Shown: in pieces, positions 40,665-51,085 of the stretch
How positions within the stretch are numbered: position 1 is the first letter of the stretch
Layout of the letters: each line of letters starts with the position of its first letter
Assembly: GCA_035652275.1 (NCBI GenBank)
Contig: DASREB010000339.1
Coordinates: 1,142-65,141, forward strand
From: Burkholderiales bacterium
Lineage (GTDB): Bacteria; Pseudomonadota; Gammaproteobacteria; Burkholderiales; SG8-39
Direction: 5' to 3'
DNA length: 64,000 nucleotides
The notes under the pieces: generated by a model
The model's input: only the letters and a program-made list of their open reading frames with translations
Databases searched by the model: none
What the model was told of the DNA's origin: nothing
Made by a program: the position numbers and the translations under genes

Positions 40665-41966
40665 ATGGCAAACGTGGAAACGCTAGGGACGCTCGAGCGG
40701 CGCGTATCGATGTCGCTGCCCGCGGCGGAGATCGAGCGCGAGGTCGACACTCGGCTGAAGCAGCTCGCGCGCAACGTGAAGATGCCGGGCTTCCGGCCGG
40801 GCAAGGTGCCGATGAAGCTCATCGCGCAGACCTATGGCCCGCAGGTGCGCTCGGAAGTGCTGAGCGATGCGGTGCAAAAAGCGTTCAGCAATGCAGTGAA
40901 GGAGGCGAATCTCAAGGTCGCCGGCTTCCCGCGCATCGAGAAAAAAGACGGCAGCGATACGGCGGCGCTCGAGTTCAGCGCCACGTTCGAGATTTACCCC
41001 GAGGTAAAAGTGGGCGAGCTCGCCGGCGTGACCATCGAGCGCCCGCAAGTGAGCGTCGACGACGCGGCGGTGGACAAGACCATCGGCATCCTGCGCAAGC
41101 AGCGCACGCGCTTCGTGCCGGTCGAGCGTCCGGCAAAGCAGGAAGACCGGCTAACCGTCGACTTCAGCGGCACGATCGACGGCGAAGCATTTGCCGGCGG
41201 CAAAGGCGAGAACTTCAGCTTCACGCTCGGCGAGGGACGCATGCTGCCGGAATTCGACGCCGCCGCGCAGGGCATGCGCGCGGGCGAAACGAAAACCTTC
41301 GAGCTCACCTTCCCCGCCGATTACCACGGCAAGGAAGTGGCCGGCAAGCGCGCAAGCTTCGAGCTGACGATGAAGCGTGTGGAGGAGCCGCAGCTCCCCG
41401 AGGTGGACGCGGAGTTTGCGAAGTCGCTCGGCATTGCCGACGGCGATATCGCCAAGATGCGAAGCGAAATCCGCGCCAACGTGGAGCGCGAGACGGCCAA
41501 GCGCATCGACGCGCGCGTGAAGGGCGAGGTGCTGCAGGCGCTGCTCGACCGAACGCCGCTCGAGTTGCCGAAATCGCTCGTGCAAATGGAGGCGCAGCAG
41601 CTCCTCGAGCGCGCTGCCGCAGATTTGCAGGCGCGCGGCCTGAAGCCCGGGCAGATTCCGCTCGATCCGGCCGCGTTCGAGGCGACGGCGAAGCGCCGCG
41701 TCGCGCTGGGACTCATCATCGGCGAGCTCGCGCGTGCCGAAAATTTGCAACCCAAGCCGGCGGAGGTGCGCGCGGTGGTCGAGCAGGAAGCAGCAACCTA
41801 CGAGAGCCCTGCCGAGGTAGTAAAATGGTTTTACATGCAGCCGCAGCGGCTTTCCGAGATGGAAGGCGTGGCGCTCGAGGCGAATGTCGTGAAATGGGTG
41901 CTCGGCAAAGCGACGGTCGTGGACAAGCCCGTCGCCTTCGACGACCTGATGGGAAGCAACGGGTGA
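40665..41966 (+). CDS. tig: trigger factor
   Basis: Start at ATG 40665 ([14 protein letters not shown]...). GFRPGKVP ribosome-binding signature, central FKBP-type domain. Confidence 0.95.
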   Translation: MANVETLGTLERRVSMSLPAAEIEREVDTRLKQLARNVKMPGFRPGKVPMKLIAQTYGPQVRSEVLSDAVQKAFSNAVKEANLKVAGFPRIEKKDGSDTAALEFSATFEIYPEVKVGELAGVTIERPQVSVDDAAVDKTIGILRKQRTRFVPVERPAKQEDRLTVDFSGTIDGEAFAGGKGENFSFTLGEGRMLPEFDAAAQGMRAGETKTFELTFPADYHGKEVAGKRASFELTMKRVEEPQLPEVDAEFAKSLGIADGDIAKMRSEIRANVERETAKRIDARVKGEVLQALLDRTPLELPKSLVQMEAQQLLERAAADLQARGLKPGQIPLDPAAFEATAKRRVALGLIIGELARAENLQPKPAEVRAVVEQEAATYESPAEVVKWFYMQPQRLSEMEGVALEANVVKWVLGKATVVDKPVAFDDLMGSNG

Positions 41967-42586
41967 ACTGGCAGAGCGATTCTCAGATCAACGACCTCGG
42001 GCTCATCCCGATGGTCATCGAGCAGTCCGGACGCGGCGAGCGCGCCTACGACATCTATTCGCGGCTCCTCAAAGAGCGCGTGGTGTTCCTGGTCGGGCCC
42101 GTGACCGAAATCACGGCGAACCTGATCGTGGCGCAGCTCCTGTTCCTCGAGTCGGAAAACCCCGACAAGGACATCTTCTTCTATATCAACTCGCCGGGCG
42201 GCTCGGTGTCGGCGGGACTCGCGATCTACGACACCATGCAGTTCATCAAGCCCGATGTCAGCACGCTCTGCGTCGGGCAGGCGGCGAGCATGGGGTCGCT
42301 GCTGCTCGCGGCGGGCGATCAGGGGAAGCGTTTTGCACTGCCCAATTCGCGCGTCATGATCCACCAGCCGATGGGCGGCTTCCAGGGCCAGGCCACCGAC
42401 ATCGAGATTCATGCCAAAGAAATCCTCTACCTGCGCGGCCGGCTGAATGAAATTCTTGCCAAGCACACCGGCAAGGCGGTCGAGACCATTGCGCGGGACA
42501 CCGAGCGTGACTTTTTCATGGGTGCGCAAGACGCGGTAAAGTACGGCATCGTGGATAAGGTGCTAGTCTCTCGGGAAAACACCTAA
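41963..42586 (+). CDS. clpP: ATP-dependent Clp protease proteolytic subunit
   Basis: GTG 41963 (GTGA overlap with tig) gives a pro-peptide before [23 protein letters not shown]. Catalytic GQAASMGS and MIHQP. Alternative ATG at 42011. Confidence 0.93.
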   Translation: MNWQSDSQINDLGLIPMVIEQSGRGERAYDIYSRLLKERVVFLVGPVTEITANLIVAQLLFLESENPDKDIFFYINSPGGSVSAGLAIYDTMQFIKPDVSTLCVGQAASMGSLLLAAGDQGKRFALPNSRVMIHQPMGGFQGQATDIEIHAKEILYLRGRLNEILAKHTGKAVETIARDTERDFFMGAQDAVKYGIVDKVLVSRENT

Positions 42587-42591
42587 ACACC

Positions 42592-43866
42592 ATGTCGGAA
42601 AAAAGCTCCTCTGGCGAAAAGCTCCTCTACTGCTCGTTCTGCGGCAAGAGCCAGCACGAAGTAAGGAAGCTGATCGCCGGGCCGTCGGTTTTCATCTGCG
42701 ACGAATGCATCGAGCTGTGCAACGACATCATCCGCGAGGAGACCGCCTCCGATAAGGGCGGCAAGGGCGCGAAGTCCGATCTGCCGACGCCGCGCGAGAT
42801 CCGCCAGATCCTCGATTCGTATGTGATCGGCCAGGACGTCGCCAAGAAGATTCTCTCGGTCGCGGTCTACAACCACTACAAGCGGCTCAAGCACCTGTCG
42901 AAGAACGACGAGGTCGAGCTCGCCAAGTCCAACATCCTGCTGATCGGGCCCACCGGCTCGGGCAAGACACTCCTCGCGCAGACGCTCGCGCGGCTGCTCA
43001 ATGTGCCGTTCGTGATTGCCGACGCCACTACGCTCACTGAAGCGGGCTATGTCGGCGAGGATGTCGAGAACATCATCCAGAAGCTGCTGCAGAACTGCGA
43101 CTACGACGTCGACAAGGCAAAGCGCGGCATCGTCTACATCGACGAGATCGACAAGATCTCGCGCAAGTCGGACAACCCGTCGATCACGCGCGACGTCTCG
43201 GGCGAGGGCGTGCAGCAGGCGCTCCTCAAGCTGATCGAGGGCACCATCGCTTCCGTGCCGCCCCAGGGCGGACGCAAGCACCCGAACCAGGATTTCGTCC
43301 AGGTCGATACCACCAACATCCTCTTCATCTGCGGCGGCGCCTTCGATGGCCTCGAGAAGATCGTGCGCAACCGCACCGAGAAGACCGGCATCGGCTTCGG
43401 CGCCGAAGTGAGAAGCCCCAAGAACTCCAAGGCGACCTACGATCTCCTGAAGAGCGTCGAGCCCGAAGACCTTATTAAATACGGGCTTATTCCGGAATTC
43501 GTCGGCCGGCTGCCGGTGCTCGCGACGCTCGAAGAGCTCGACGAGCACGCGCTGATCCAGATCCTCACCGAGCCGAAGAACGCGCTCATCAAGCAATACC
43601 AGCGGCTCTTCCACATGGAAGGCGTGGAGCTCGAGATCCGCACCGGCGCGCTCGGCGCGGTCGCCAAGCGCGCGCTCGCGCGCAAGACCGGCGCCCGGGG
43701 ACTGCGCTCCATCCTCGAGCACATCCTGCTCGACACGATGTACGAGCTGCCGACGCTCGAAAACGTGAGCAAGGTGGTGGTCGACGAGTCGATGGTGAGC
43801 GCCGACGGCAAGCCGCTACTCATCTATTCCGACAGCCACAAGATCGCGAGCGGCAGCTCCGCGTAA
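42592..43866 (+). CDS. clpX: ATP-dependent Clp protease ATP-binding subunit ClpX
   Basis: 424 aa. Zinc-binding [27 protein letters not shown], Walker [23 protein letters not shown]. Confidence 0.97.
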   Translation: MSEKSSSGEKLLYCSFCGKSQHEVRKLIAGPSVFICDECIELCNDIIREETASDKGGKGAKSDLPTPREIRQILDSYVIGQDVAKKILSVAVYNHYKRLKHLSKNDEVELAKSNILLIGPTGSGKTLLAQTLARLLNVPFVIADATTLTEAGYVGEDVENIIQKLLQNCDYDVDKAKRGIVYIDEIDKISRKSDNPSITRDVSGEGVQQALLKLIEGTIASVPPQGGRKHPNQDFVQVDTTNILFICGGAFDGLEKIVRNRTEKTGIGFGAEVRSPKNSKATYDLLKSVEPEDLIKYGLIPEFVGRLPVLATLEELDEHALIQILTEPKNALIKQYQRLFHMEGVELEIRTGALGAVAKRALARKTGARGLRSILEHILLDTMYELPTLENVSKVVVDESMVSADGKPLLIYSDSHKIASGSSA

Positions 43867-43958
43867 CACAGCCGTTCGGCAACCCGGCCCGTAGCAACTA
43901 CATTTCGTCACCGTTTGCGCGTTGCAGCGTAACCGCGTTTGCGTGTACGCTCTGATCA

Positions 43959-43985
43959 TTGATTTTTCTGGGGGAACCCACACTT
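43959..43985 (+). promoter_or_regulatory. candidate sigma-32-type heat-shock promoter upstream of lon
   Basis: TTGATTT-(11 nt, GGGGGAA-rich)-CCCACACTT ~40 nt upstream of the lon ATG, resembling CTTGAAA...CCCCATNT. The spacing is short, so this is tentative. Confidence 0.3.
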
Positions 43986-44023
43986 ACTGTGTGAGCTGCA
44001 ACCCCTTGATGAGGCTAATCTAA

Positions 44024-46450
<2,427 letters not shown>

Positions 46451-46453
46451 GCC

Positions 46454-46726
46454 GTGAACAAAGCCGACCTGATCGAGCAAATCGCTCAGGCGGCCGAGAT
46501 TTCCAAATCGGCCGCAGAGCGCGCGGTCGATGCGCTCGTGAATTCCGTGAAGACGAGCCTGCGCAAAGGCGAGGACGTGACGCTGGTCGGCTTCGGCACG
46601 TTCTACGCCAGCACGCGTGCCGCGCGCACCGGGCGCAATCCGCGCACCGGCGAAGCGGTGGAGATCAAAGCGGCGAAGCTGCCGAAGTTCCGCGCTGGTA
46701 AGGCCCTGAAGGACGCGATAAACTGA
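46454..46726 (+). CDS. hupB: DNA-binding protein HU
   Basis: 90 aa. [11 protein letters not shown]...[28 protein letters not shown] is the canonical HU pattern. GTG start 3 nt after the lon stop. Confidence 0.93.
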   Translation: MNKADLIEQIAQAAEISKSAAERAVDALVNSVKTSLRKGEDVTLVGFGTFYASTRAARTGRNPRTGEAVEIKAAKLPKFRAGKALKDAIN

Positions 46727-46763
46727 CGCCCCTTTTGCGAATGGAAGTTTTCTTTCGCATCGG

Positions 46764-46838
46764 GGGTGCTTAGCTCAGCGGTAGAGCGCTGCCCTTACAA
46801 GGCAGATGTCGTAGGTTCGACCCCTACAGCACCCACCA
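46764..46838 (+). tRNA. tRNA-Val (anticodon TAC)
   Basis: 75 nt. Acceptor GGGTGCT/AGCACCC, anticodon arm CTGCC-CTTACAA-GGCAG, T-arm GTAGG-TTCGACC-CCTAC, CCA encoded. Confidence 0.9.
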
Positions 46839-46857
46839 TCGCAGTCTGCTGTGCTGA

Positions 46858-46934
46858 GGAGCGGTAGTTCAGTTGGTTAGAATACCGGCCTGTCACGCCG
46901 GGGGTCGCGGGTTCGAGTCCCGTCCGCTCCGCCA
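46858..46934 (+). tRNA. tRNA-Asp (anticodon GTC)
   Basis: 77 nt. Acceptor GGAGCGG/CCGCTCC, anticodon arm CCGGC-CTGTCAC-GCCGG, T-arm GCGGG-TTCGAGT-CCCGT, CCA encoded. Confidence 0.92.
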
Positions 46935-46940
46935 ATCCCA

Positions 46941-48164
46941 TCAAGCAGTTGCCCGCGGACTGTGTCTTTTCCGGCCGGTTGGTTGTGCTGAAATTGTGCT
47001 TGCCCCAACCTCGGCACGCACAGTCGCGGGGGCGGCGGCGTCGGTCTCGACCGCTTTCCCAGCCTTGAGCTCAGCGCGCCGAAGCGCGAGAGCCGCGTTC
47101 CACTTCGTTGCGAGTATTTCGGCGATAGGCCGCAGCGGCTCGATGTTCAGGTGGGGGTAGTCGTCCATCGCAGCCATCCCGCGCACGGTCCAGCCGCCTA
47201 GCCGCGCCCGCATCTCCGGGGTCACGCCTTCCTCGGTGAGCCACGTCTGCCCACAGTGCCTCATGGTGTGGAAGCAAACGTCGCCCATGCCGGCCTTGGC
47301 GCGCGCCTGTCGAAACGCCTTGGTGACCACCTGGGCGATCTTCTTGCCGCGCCACGTAAAGACGTAGACCGGGTGGCGGCTGCTCTTGCCATCCTTGTCC
47401 ACGGCCTCGTAGCGGCGCTTCAGGATCGCCATGGCGACCGGATTGAGCGGCACGTAGATCGGCTTGCCGGTCTTGGTGAGCCGGCCAGCGATCTGCACGG
47501 CGCGCTTTTCCCAATCGATCATGGACCACGCCAGGTCCGTCACGTTGGCCCTGCGGTGCATCGTCATCGCCCCGTACACCATCATGTCGGCTGTATGCGC
47601 CGGCATCCAGCTCCACTCGCGTTCGGCCTTGTTGAGGATGGTCTGCACCACGCGCACATACTTGTTCGCCGTCGTGTTGCACGACGCAGGACCCGACTTG
47701 TCTACCCGCACGAAGCCGCTCCCGTTCCTGATCCTGGAGGGATCAGGGCAGCGCAGCTTTCCGCTTTCGATGATCTCGGCAACCATCTCCCGAGTGATCT
47801 CGTTCAGATCCTTAATGTGCTTGAGATGCGGCCACCACCACGCCAGCCGCTGTGCTTCGTCACTCCACGACTTCATGGACTCGGAGGACTCGTCCTCGCG
47901 CCGCTGGCAGGCTTCGCGCCATGAGCGCGGGGCTTTGACCCCCATCTTCTTTGCGGTCCAGAGGTCGTTGCGCTTCTTCGCTACAAATTCCACGGCATCC
48001 GCGAGGACCCTCGTCGACGTGGGGTAGCGCTTTCCCTTGATCCGGGTCCGCCACTGCCGGCCCCGGAGATAGAGTCCGAGCTTTGCTGCGAGCCGGTACT
48101 CTGCGTCGCTGAGTCCTGCTTCAACCGCCCAAGCGGGCTTAACTCCTCTCGGTGACTTTGGCAT
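46941..48164 (-). CDS. tyrosine-type site-specific recombinase (phage/island integrase)
   Basis: 407 aa. N-terminal GLYLRGRQWRTRIKGKRYPTST arm-binding-like segment. Box I MHRRANVTDLAW, box II FHTMRHCGQTWL, LGGW...MDDYPHL with the catalytic Tyr. GGAGAG RBS before ATG 48164. Confidence 0.88.
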   Translation of the reverse strand: MPKSPRGVKPAWAVEAGLSDAEYRLAAKLGLYLRGRQWRTRIKGKRYPTSTRVLADAVEFVAKKRNDLWTAKKMGVKAPRSWREACQRREDESSESMKSWSDEAQRLAWWWPHLKHIKDLNEITREMVAEIIESGKLRCPDPSRIRNGSGFVRVDKSGPASCNTTANKYVRVVQTILNKAEREWSWMPAHTADMMVYGAMTMHRRANVTDLAWSMIDWEKRAVQIAGRLTKTGKPIYVPLNPVAMAILKRRYEAVDKDGKSSRHPVYVFTWRGKKIAQVVTKAFRQARAKAGMGDVCFHTMRHCGQTWLTEEGVTPEMRARLGGWTVRGMAAMDDYPHLNIEPLRPIAEILATKWNAALALRRAELKAGKAVETDAAAPATVRAEVGASTISAQPTGRKRHSPRATA

Positions 48165-48397
48165 AGCTGCTCTCCATTTCTTGATGTTGCGGAGGGCCGC
48201 AGTGCCAGCCGACGGTCCTCATACGGAAACCGCCAGAGCTTGCCAATTTTTCTGCCGCCTAATTCTCGCGCGTGCCTGCGAACTGTTTCTTCACACAGAC
48301 CCAACTGCTTCGCTTTCTCCTGAAGGGACACTTCTCGCAGTACCACAAGCGTGTCGCTCACACCCTCGTCGCGAGCCTCGAAGTCGCTGTAGTTCAC
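47981..48397 (-). CDS. excisionase-like HTH DNA-binding protein (HTH_17/MerR-like) with a long low-complexity tail
   Basis: VSLQEKAKQLGLCEETVRRHARELGGRKIGKLWRFP matches the Xis/AlpA-type HTH. The ORF runs on for ~75 more codons and overlaps the integrase 5' end by 184 nt in another frame. Confidence 0.55.
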   Translation of the reverse strand: MNYSDFEARDEGVSDTLVVLREVSLQEKAKQLGLCEETVRRHARELGGRKIGKLWRFPYEDRRLALRPSATSRNGEQLCQSHREELSPLGRLKQDSATQSTGSQQSSDSISGAGSGGPGSRESATPRRRGSSRMPWNL

Positions 48398-48516
48398 TTC
48401 ATTGGGTTCCTTTGGCGAGCTGAAAGCCGGAGCAATCTAGCCGCTGATGGCCGGCAGCGGAACCAACTGAGGCGTACTTAGGCGCGCTACGGCGTAGCGG
48501 GCAGGCAGGTAGACGG

Positions 48517-48626
48517 TCCGGAATGGACGGCGCTTTCCTCCGGATTAGACGATAATATAATCCGGTTTGGACGAACGCGCAATCCGGATTGGACGACTCG
48601 CAAATCCGAAATGGACGACCCCGCCC
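48517..48626 (+). repeat. array of five direct repeats in exact 22-bp register (core TCCGGAWTGGACGA), iteron/operator-like
   Basis: Cores start at 48517, 48539, 48561, 48583 and 48605: TCCGGAATGGACGG, TCCGGATTAGACGA, TCCGGTTTGGACGA, TCCGGATTGGACGA, TCCGAAATGGACGA. Confidence 0.9.
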
Positions 48627-48632
48627 TCAAAC

Positions 48633-49874
48633 ATGGCCAGCACTAAGGACAAACTGTTCGAGCGCTTCTCCGCGGAGCGCGTCAAAACCGCGCTACGGGA
48701 TACACCGGTCGTCATGGTCAATGGTCCGCGCCAGTGCGGCAAGACGACGCTGGCACGCCGCTTTGTGGAATGGGATAGAACCTACATCACCCTGGACGAC
48801 GACACGCAGCTCGCCGCTGCACGGGCCGATCCGGCCGGCTTCATGCGCGGGATTGAGCGAGCCGTCATCGACGAGATACCGCGCGCTCCGGAACTGCTGC
48901 GTGCCATCAAACGCTCGGTGGACGAGGACCGCCGGCCCGGGCGCTTTCTGCTGACTGGTTCGGCCAACCTACTGACGCTGCCCCAAGTGGCCGAGAGCCT
49001 GGCCGGCCGCATGGAAGTCGTAAATCTTCTGCCGCTCTCGCGGGCCGAGATACGCGGCACAAAACCGACATTCCTGGAGAAGACCTTCTCAGGCAAGGTC
49101 GCCAAGCCGCTTGAGACCTTGGTGGGTACAGAGCTTGTGGACGCCGTGTTGATCGGCGGCTATCCGGAGATGTTGACACGCGAGGATCCAAAGCGGCGCC
49201 AAGCCTGGGCGCGCGAATATGTAGAAGCGATCGTGCAACGCGACGTTCGCGATATTGCGGAAGTCGAGAGGCTGGAGCAGATGCCTCGCCTGCTCCGCGT
49301 GCTCGCGCACCATTCTGGACAACTCACCAACTTCATGCAAACCGGGGCAGAGATCAAACTCGATGCGAAGACAACGAGACGATACATCGGCGTACTCGAA
49401 CAGCTGTTCCTTTTGCGCCGCCTAGACCCATGGTTTCGAAATCGCCTTAAGCGGCTGGTCAAGACGCCCAAACTGCACTTCCTTGATGCTGGGTTACTGG
49501 CAGCGATCCTCGGCATAACCGACGAACGAATCGCGAAAGACCGTTCGATATTTGGGCCGGTGCTAGAGGCATTCGTCTTCTCGGAGATCATGAAACAAAC
49601 AGCCTGGCTCGATGGTACATACACGCTCCATCACTACCGGGACAAGGATCAGGATGAAGTCGACGTCGTCGTGGAGAACGATCGCGGTGAATTAGTCGGC
49701 CTCGAGATCAAGGCAGCTGCTACGGTCACCGCAGGCGACTTCAAGGGTCTGAGAAAGCTCGCCAACGCATCGCGCGACCGCCTTATGCTTGGCGCGGTTC
49801 TCTACGACGGCGACAGCATCGTGGGCTTCGGCGATCGCCTGTTTGCTGCTCCAATATCTTGCTTATGGGCGTGA
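48633..49874 (+). CDS. AAA+ ATPase with DUF4143-type region and a C-terminal PD-(D/E)xK-like motif (COG1373-type)
   Basis: Start at ATG 48633 (MASTKDK...). Walker A NGPRQCGKTTLA, Walker B AVIDEI, LLTGSANLL...ESLAGRM. C-terminus HHYRDKDQDEVDVVVEN...LVGLEIKAAA (D...E-x-K). Confidence 0.85.
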   Translation: MASTKDKLFERFSAERVKTALRDTPVVMVNGPRQCGKTTLARRFVEWDRTYITLDDDTQLAAARADPAGFMRGIERAVIDEIPRAPELLRAIKRSVDEDRRPGRFLLTGSANLLTLPQVAESLAGRMEVVNLLPLSRAEIRGTKPTFLEKTFSGKVAKPLETLVGTELVDAVLIGGYPEMLTREDPKRRQAWAREYVEAIVQRDVRDIAEVERLEQMPRLLRVLAHHSGQLTNFMQTGAEIKLDAKTTRRYIGVLEQLFLLRRLDPWFRNRLKRLVKTPKLHFLDAGLLAAILGITDERIAKDRSIFGPVLEAFVFSEIMKQTAWLDGTYTLHHYRDKDQDEVDVVVENDRGELVGLEIKAAATVTAGDFKGLRKLANASRDRLMLGAVLYDGDSIVGFGDRLFAAPISCLWA

Positions 49875-50213
49875 AGTTCCGAACTCGCCCATCGTTGTCC
49901 GAGGCCGCGGCAATCGGAGCGAGGTTTCTGTCGGGTGGCTCCGCGGCGAGGTGATGGACTGGCTTATTGCTCGACCACCGGTAGAACTAAACTGTCCGGC
50001 GCAGCTTTCGCGGCGGACAGATCCATCGAGACGATGCGACCCTTGGCGATGGCCGAGCCGGCGATGTATCCATACGCCGCGTTCGCCACGACGCCGCGTT
50101 CACCGACGGCTTTTCTGGTCAAGTCCGGCAAGTCTTTGCAACCGCGGAAGCCTGAGACGCTGATCGCCTGAATTATCGCCGACAGGAGCCCGGGAGGAGC
50201 GCGGCGGCGCGCA

Positions 50214-50390
50214 ATGCCCGGGCTTGCGCGTGCGCGCTTTGCTACGGACAAGAAGGTCTTCTTCTATCGCTATCGCTCCCAGGATGGCGCGCTACGCAAT
50301 CCGGCTCGGCGATGTCGGAGCTGACGCTGGCAAAGGCCCGCGACGCGGCTCTGCGCAAACGGCTGCAGCGTGACCTGGCGGTTCGGCGCG
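50214..50390 (+). pseudogene. remnant of a second (P4-type) integrase: N-terminal arm-binding segment only, frameshifted
   Basis: ARFATDKKVFFYRYRSQDGALR, then a frame change near 50297-50305, then SELTLAKARDAALRKRLQRD. This is the k.w.fRYr..Gk...lG......L.eAR pattern of DUF4102-type integrase N-termini. No catalytic domain follows. Confidence 0.45.
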
Positions 50391-50465
50391 CCCTGCTTTT
50401 ATCCCCGCTCAGTCCCGCTTCGCAGAAGGTGACAGGCTCGCGTCACCGCTTGGCACGGGTCGTGA

Positions 50466-50627
50466 AGCAACGGCGCATCTGCACGGCGAGCCGGGCGGGA
50501 CGTGAAAGCCGCGCACGGCGATGTGCGCGCGTTGCTTGCTGCTGGCGTGCTGCGCAGGAACGCGGTCGGAAAGATCGACTTTCCGCTCGATGCGGTGCAC
50601 GTCGATTTCGTGCTCAAAGCCGCATAG
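50466..50627 (+). pseudogene. C-terminal fragment of a winged-helix DNA-binding protein (antitoxin-like HTH family), no start codon
   Basis: Frame reads ...ARRAGRDVKAAHGDVRALLAAGVLRRNAVGKIDFPLDAVHVDFVLKAA*, preceded by an in-frame stop. Recognised from memory of similar small wHTH proteins, not verified. Confidence 0.3.
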
Positions 50628-50714
50628 CGGGCCTGTGTTGATGAGCTTGTGGAGCGGGTCCGACCTAGCGGCGTAGACTCTATACTCACCTTTCGCAGAT
50701 CCGAGGAGCGTGGC

Positions 50715-50960
50715 ATGGACGACGCCTCGAAGGACATCCGAGTATTGACCCATACCCAGCGCCTGGTCGCAGAAGAGCAGAAGCTTTTCGAGCACGGCTC
50801 GCTCACCGAGGAGCAGGGCCGGCGCCGGAAGGACCTGCAGGTCGAGCTCGACCAGTGTTGGGATCTGCTGCGCCAGCGTCGGGTGGCGCGCGACGCCGGT
50901 CACGATCCGTCGGCGGCGCATGTCCGGCCGCCGGAGATCGTCGAGAAATACATCGGCTGA
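50715..50960 (+). CDS. DUF2630 family protein (paralog 1)
   Basis: 81 aa from ATG 50715 (GAGGAG RBS). LVAEEQKLF...LQVELDQCWDLLRQRRVARDAGHDP...VEKYIG. A second copy is at 62576-62821. Confidence 0.75.
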   Translation: MDDASKDIRVLTHTQRLVAEEQKLFEHGSLTEEQGRRRKDLQVELDQCWDLLRQRRVARDAGHDPSAAHVRPPEIVEKYIG

Positions 50961-51085
50961 TCGCTGCTGTCCGCCCGCCGCGGACTCCTCGAGCGCGGCA
51001 TTGAAAGTTCCGCTTTCATGCGCCACGTCTCGCCGTGTCGCGGACGGCGTGACCCGCAAACGCGGCGCTGCGTTTCGTGCAAACC

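Larger units (their letters stand above)
46935..50390. mobile_element. integrative genomic island inserted at the 3' end of tRNA-Asp (right boundary not defined)
   Basis: The integrase stop is 7 nt from the tRNA 3' end. Xis-like HTH gene, repeat array, single ATPase cargo gene, then a second integrase fragment. AT-richer stretches not seen in the flanking core. Confidence 0.6.

Noticed and set aside
46727-46763. Possible terminator after hupB (TGCGAA-N12-TTCGCA)
   Set aside because: The stem is only 6 bp with a large loop and no T-tract, so it is not convincing as an intrinsic terminator.
48517-48626. The repeat array considered as a small CRISPR array
   Set aside because: The repeats are 14 bp with 8-bp spacers, far below CRISPR dimensions. 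The repeat has no palindromic core and there are no cas genes in the window.
49964-50251. 95-aa minus-strand ORF (…GERGVVANAAYGYIAGSAIAKGRIVSMDLSAAK…) in the gap after the ATPase gene
   Set aside because: It may be another gene fragment, but I cannot assign a family, and it has no convincing start or RBS. It is left unannotated.
50405-50425. Possible attR: AGTCCCG matches 7 nt of the tRNA-Asp T-arm/acceptor region
   Set aside because: The match does not extend (AGTCCCGCTTCGC versus AGTCCCGTCCGCTCCGCCA), so it is at chance level. Another 9-nt match (TCCGCTCCG, reverse strand near 63440-63460) lies inside the PqiC-like CDS.
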